Assembly (NCBI GenBank): GCA_023136735.1
Contig: JAGLQQ010000048.1
Span: 1 to 34,401, forward strand
Direction: 5' to 3'
DNA from: Candidatus Omnitrophota bacterium
GTDB lineage: Bacteria > Omnitrophota > Gorgyraeia > B26-G9
Length of the DNA stretch: 34,401 bases
The translations under genes were made by a program, and so were the position numbers. Shown here piece by piece: positions 33,497-34,401 of the stretch. How positions within the stretch are numbered: position 1 is the first letter of the stretch; every line of letters starts with the position of its first letter. A model generated the notes under the pieces. That model saw nothing but the letters and a program-made list of their open reading frames with translations. It made no database searches and was not told the origin of the DNA.

Positions 33497-34334
33497 TTAT
33501 TAACCTCGCTGAAAAAAGTTCTCTCATGTTCTGATCTATGATTTCATGTCTTGTCCTAAAATACTGGAATTTAAGCTTTTTATTTTCATCCTGTATACGC
33601 TGTGTACAATTTTCAAGATGCATAAATCTGGCTGATTGCTCTGCTACTTGAGCTAGTCCGAATATTTCAAACAATTTCTGCCCAAGCCACAAATAGACCA
33701 GATATTCGGATATATCGCCTAAACTAGACTCAAGAATTACCTCAGATATATCCATTCGAGGCCCTGTCCTTTGCCTTTCCTCCGGAATAAAAGGCAATAA
33801 ATTAAGCACTTCTATCCTCTGCACGGCAAATGAAAGCGCCCGGGGGAAAACTACCACCAGCTCACCGATATTACCTTTTAAAACATTACTAACGATATAA
33901 TCTCTTAATTTAAGTGCCTGCTCAAGCCTCTGTTCATTATTTATACCAGGGAAATCCGCGTATCCCATCTTATTTTTCTCAACATAAAGCCTACCTCTTT
34001 TACCAACAATTATAAGCTTACTGTCTTCACCGCGAAACTGCTCCAGCGCTTTATTCATAACAAGGGAATTAAGGCCTCCTAAAAGACCGGCATCAGTAGT
34101 TATTGCCACAATCGCCTTAGGTTTTTCGTTTTTTTTAAGGAACGGATGGTTGATATTTTGAAGATCAAGACCCGCAAAAATATCGCCTATAGAATCAAGA
34201 TACGTCGTATAGCCCTTTATTTTTCTCTCTAAAGCCTGATACTGAGCTGCGGCAATGAGTTTCAGAACCTCGATCAAAGAACCGAGAGATTTGTAAAACC
34301 CCATATCATTTTTAAGTTGGACTATCGGAATCAT
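33489..34334 (-). CDS. atpG: F1-ATPase gamma subunit, divergent
   Basis: 281 aa, in the gamma-then-beta position with an 8-nt overlap. Central Rossmann-like segment (AIVAITTDAGLLGGLNS) and C-terminal helix (RTRHEIIDQNMRELFSA) are consistent with gamma. The N-terminal helix is poorly conserved. Confidence 0.6.
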   Translation of the reverse strand: MIPIVQLKNDMGFYKSLGSLIEVLKLIAAAQYQALERKIKGYTTYLDSIGDIFAGLDLQNINHPFLKKNEKPKAIVAITTDAGLLGGLNSLVMNKALEQFRGEDSKLIIVGKRGRLYVEKNKMGYADFPGINNEQRLEQALKLRDYIVSNVLKGNIGELVVVFPRALSFAVQRIEVLNLLPFIPEERQRTGPRMDISEVILESSLGDISEYLVYLWLGQKLFEIFGLAQVAEQSARFMHLENCTQRIQDENKKLKFQYFRTRHEIIDQNMRELFSARLINE

Positions 34335-34401
34335 ATTATCATTTCCTTTAAAAACAGTATTGCGTCATGCGTATTAAATATCACGTCTAAAAACAAAGGA
34401 C

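Overview
AT-rich bacterial chromosomal window, probably from an uncultivated lineage. All 28 gene calls I can support (27 CDS and 1 pseudogene) lie on the minus strand. The plus-strand ORFs in the track look like antisense shadows. In transcription order (right to left) the window contains: (1) a divergent F1-ATPase gamma-beta pair (34334-32084). (2) Pilus/T2SS-like cluster 2 (31983-22008): a GspE-family ATPase with a C-terminal PilZ domain, a small PilZ protein, GspF/PilC, a secreted MA-type metallopeptidase, the GspG major pseudopilin, two minor pseudopilins, a GspK-like protein, a PilM-PilN fusion and a PilO-like protein. (3) A decayed mobile-element edge: an excisionase-like HTH gene below the track cutoff and a RadC::DUF1016 chimeric pseudogene. 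(4) A six-gene, translationally coupled defence operon (20759-12509): XRE/C-protein-like HTH, PLD-SNF2 nuclease-helicase, Eco57I/PglX-like gamma-class N6-adenine methyltransferase, AbiGi-like protein, an untracked 51-aa zinc ribbon and DUF3800. (5) The only convincing plus-strand unit, an orphan small-RNA candidate with a consensus promoter (12380-12510). (6) A SWIM-SNF2 helicase. (7) pgk, a pseudopilin gene and tpiA. (8) Pilus cluster 1 (6641-399): a GspE/PilB paralog, PilT, a GspE/PilB with an MshEN-type N-terminus, and GspF/PilC. The intergenic regions carry several families of repeated, hairpin-forming elements, plus one palindrome (CTATAG-N6-CTATAG) shared between the defence operon and pilus cluster 1. 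The best candidate for an undescribed system is the defence operon. It combines an ATP-dependent R-M-like core (C protein, PLD-SNF2, MTase) with three downstream genes (AbiGi-like, Zn ribbon, DUF3800), an arrangement I do not recognise as a named system. All domain assignments come from motifs read by eye in the translations; no searches were run.
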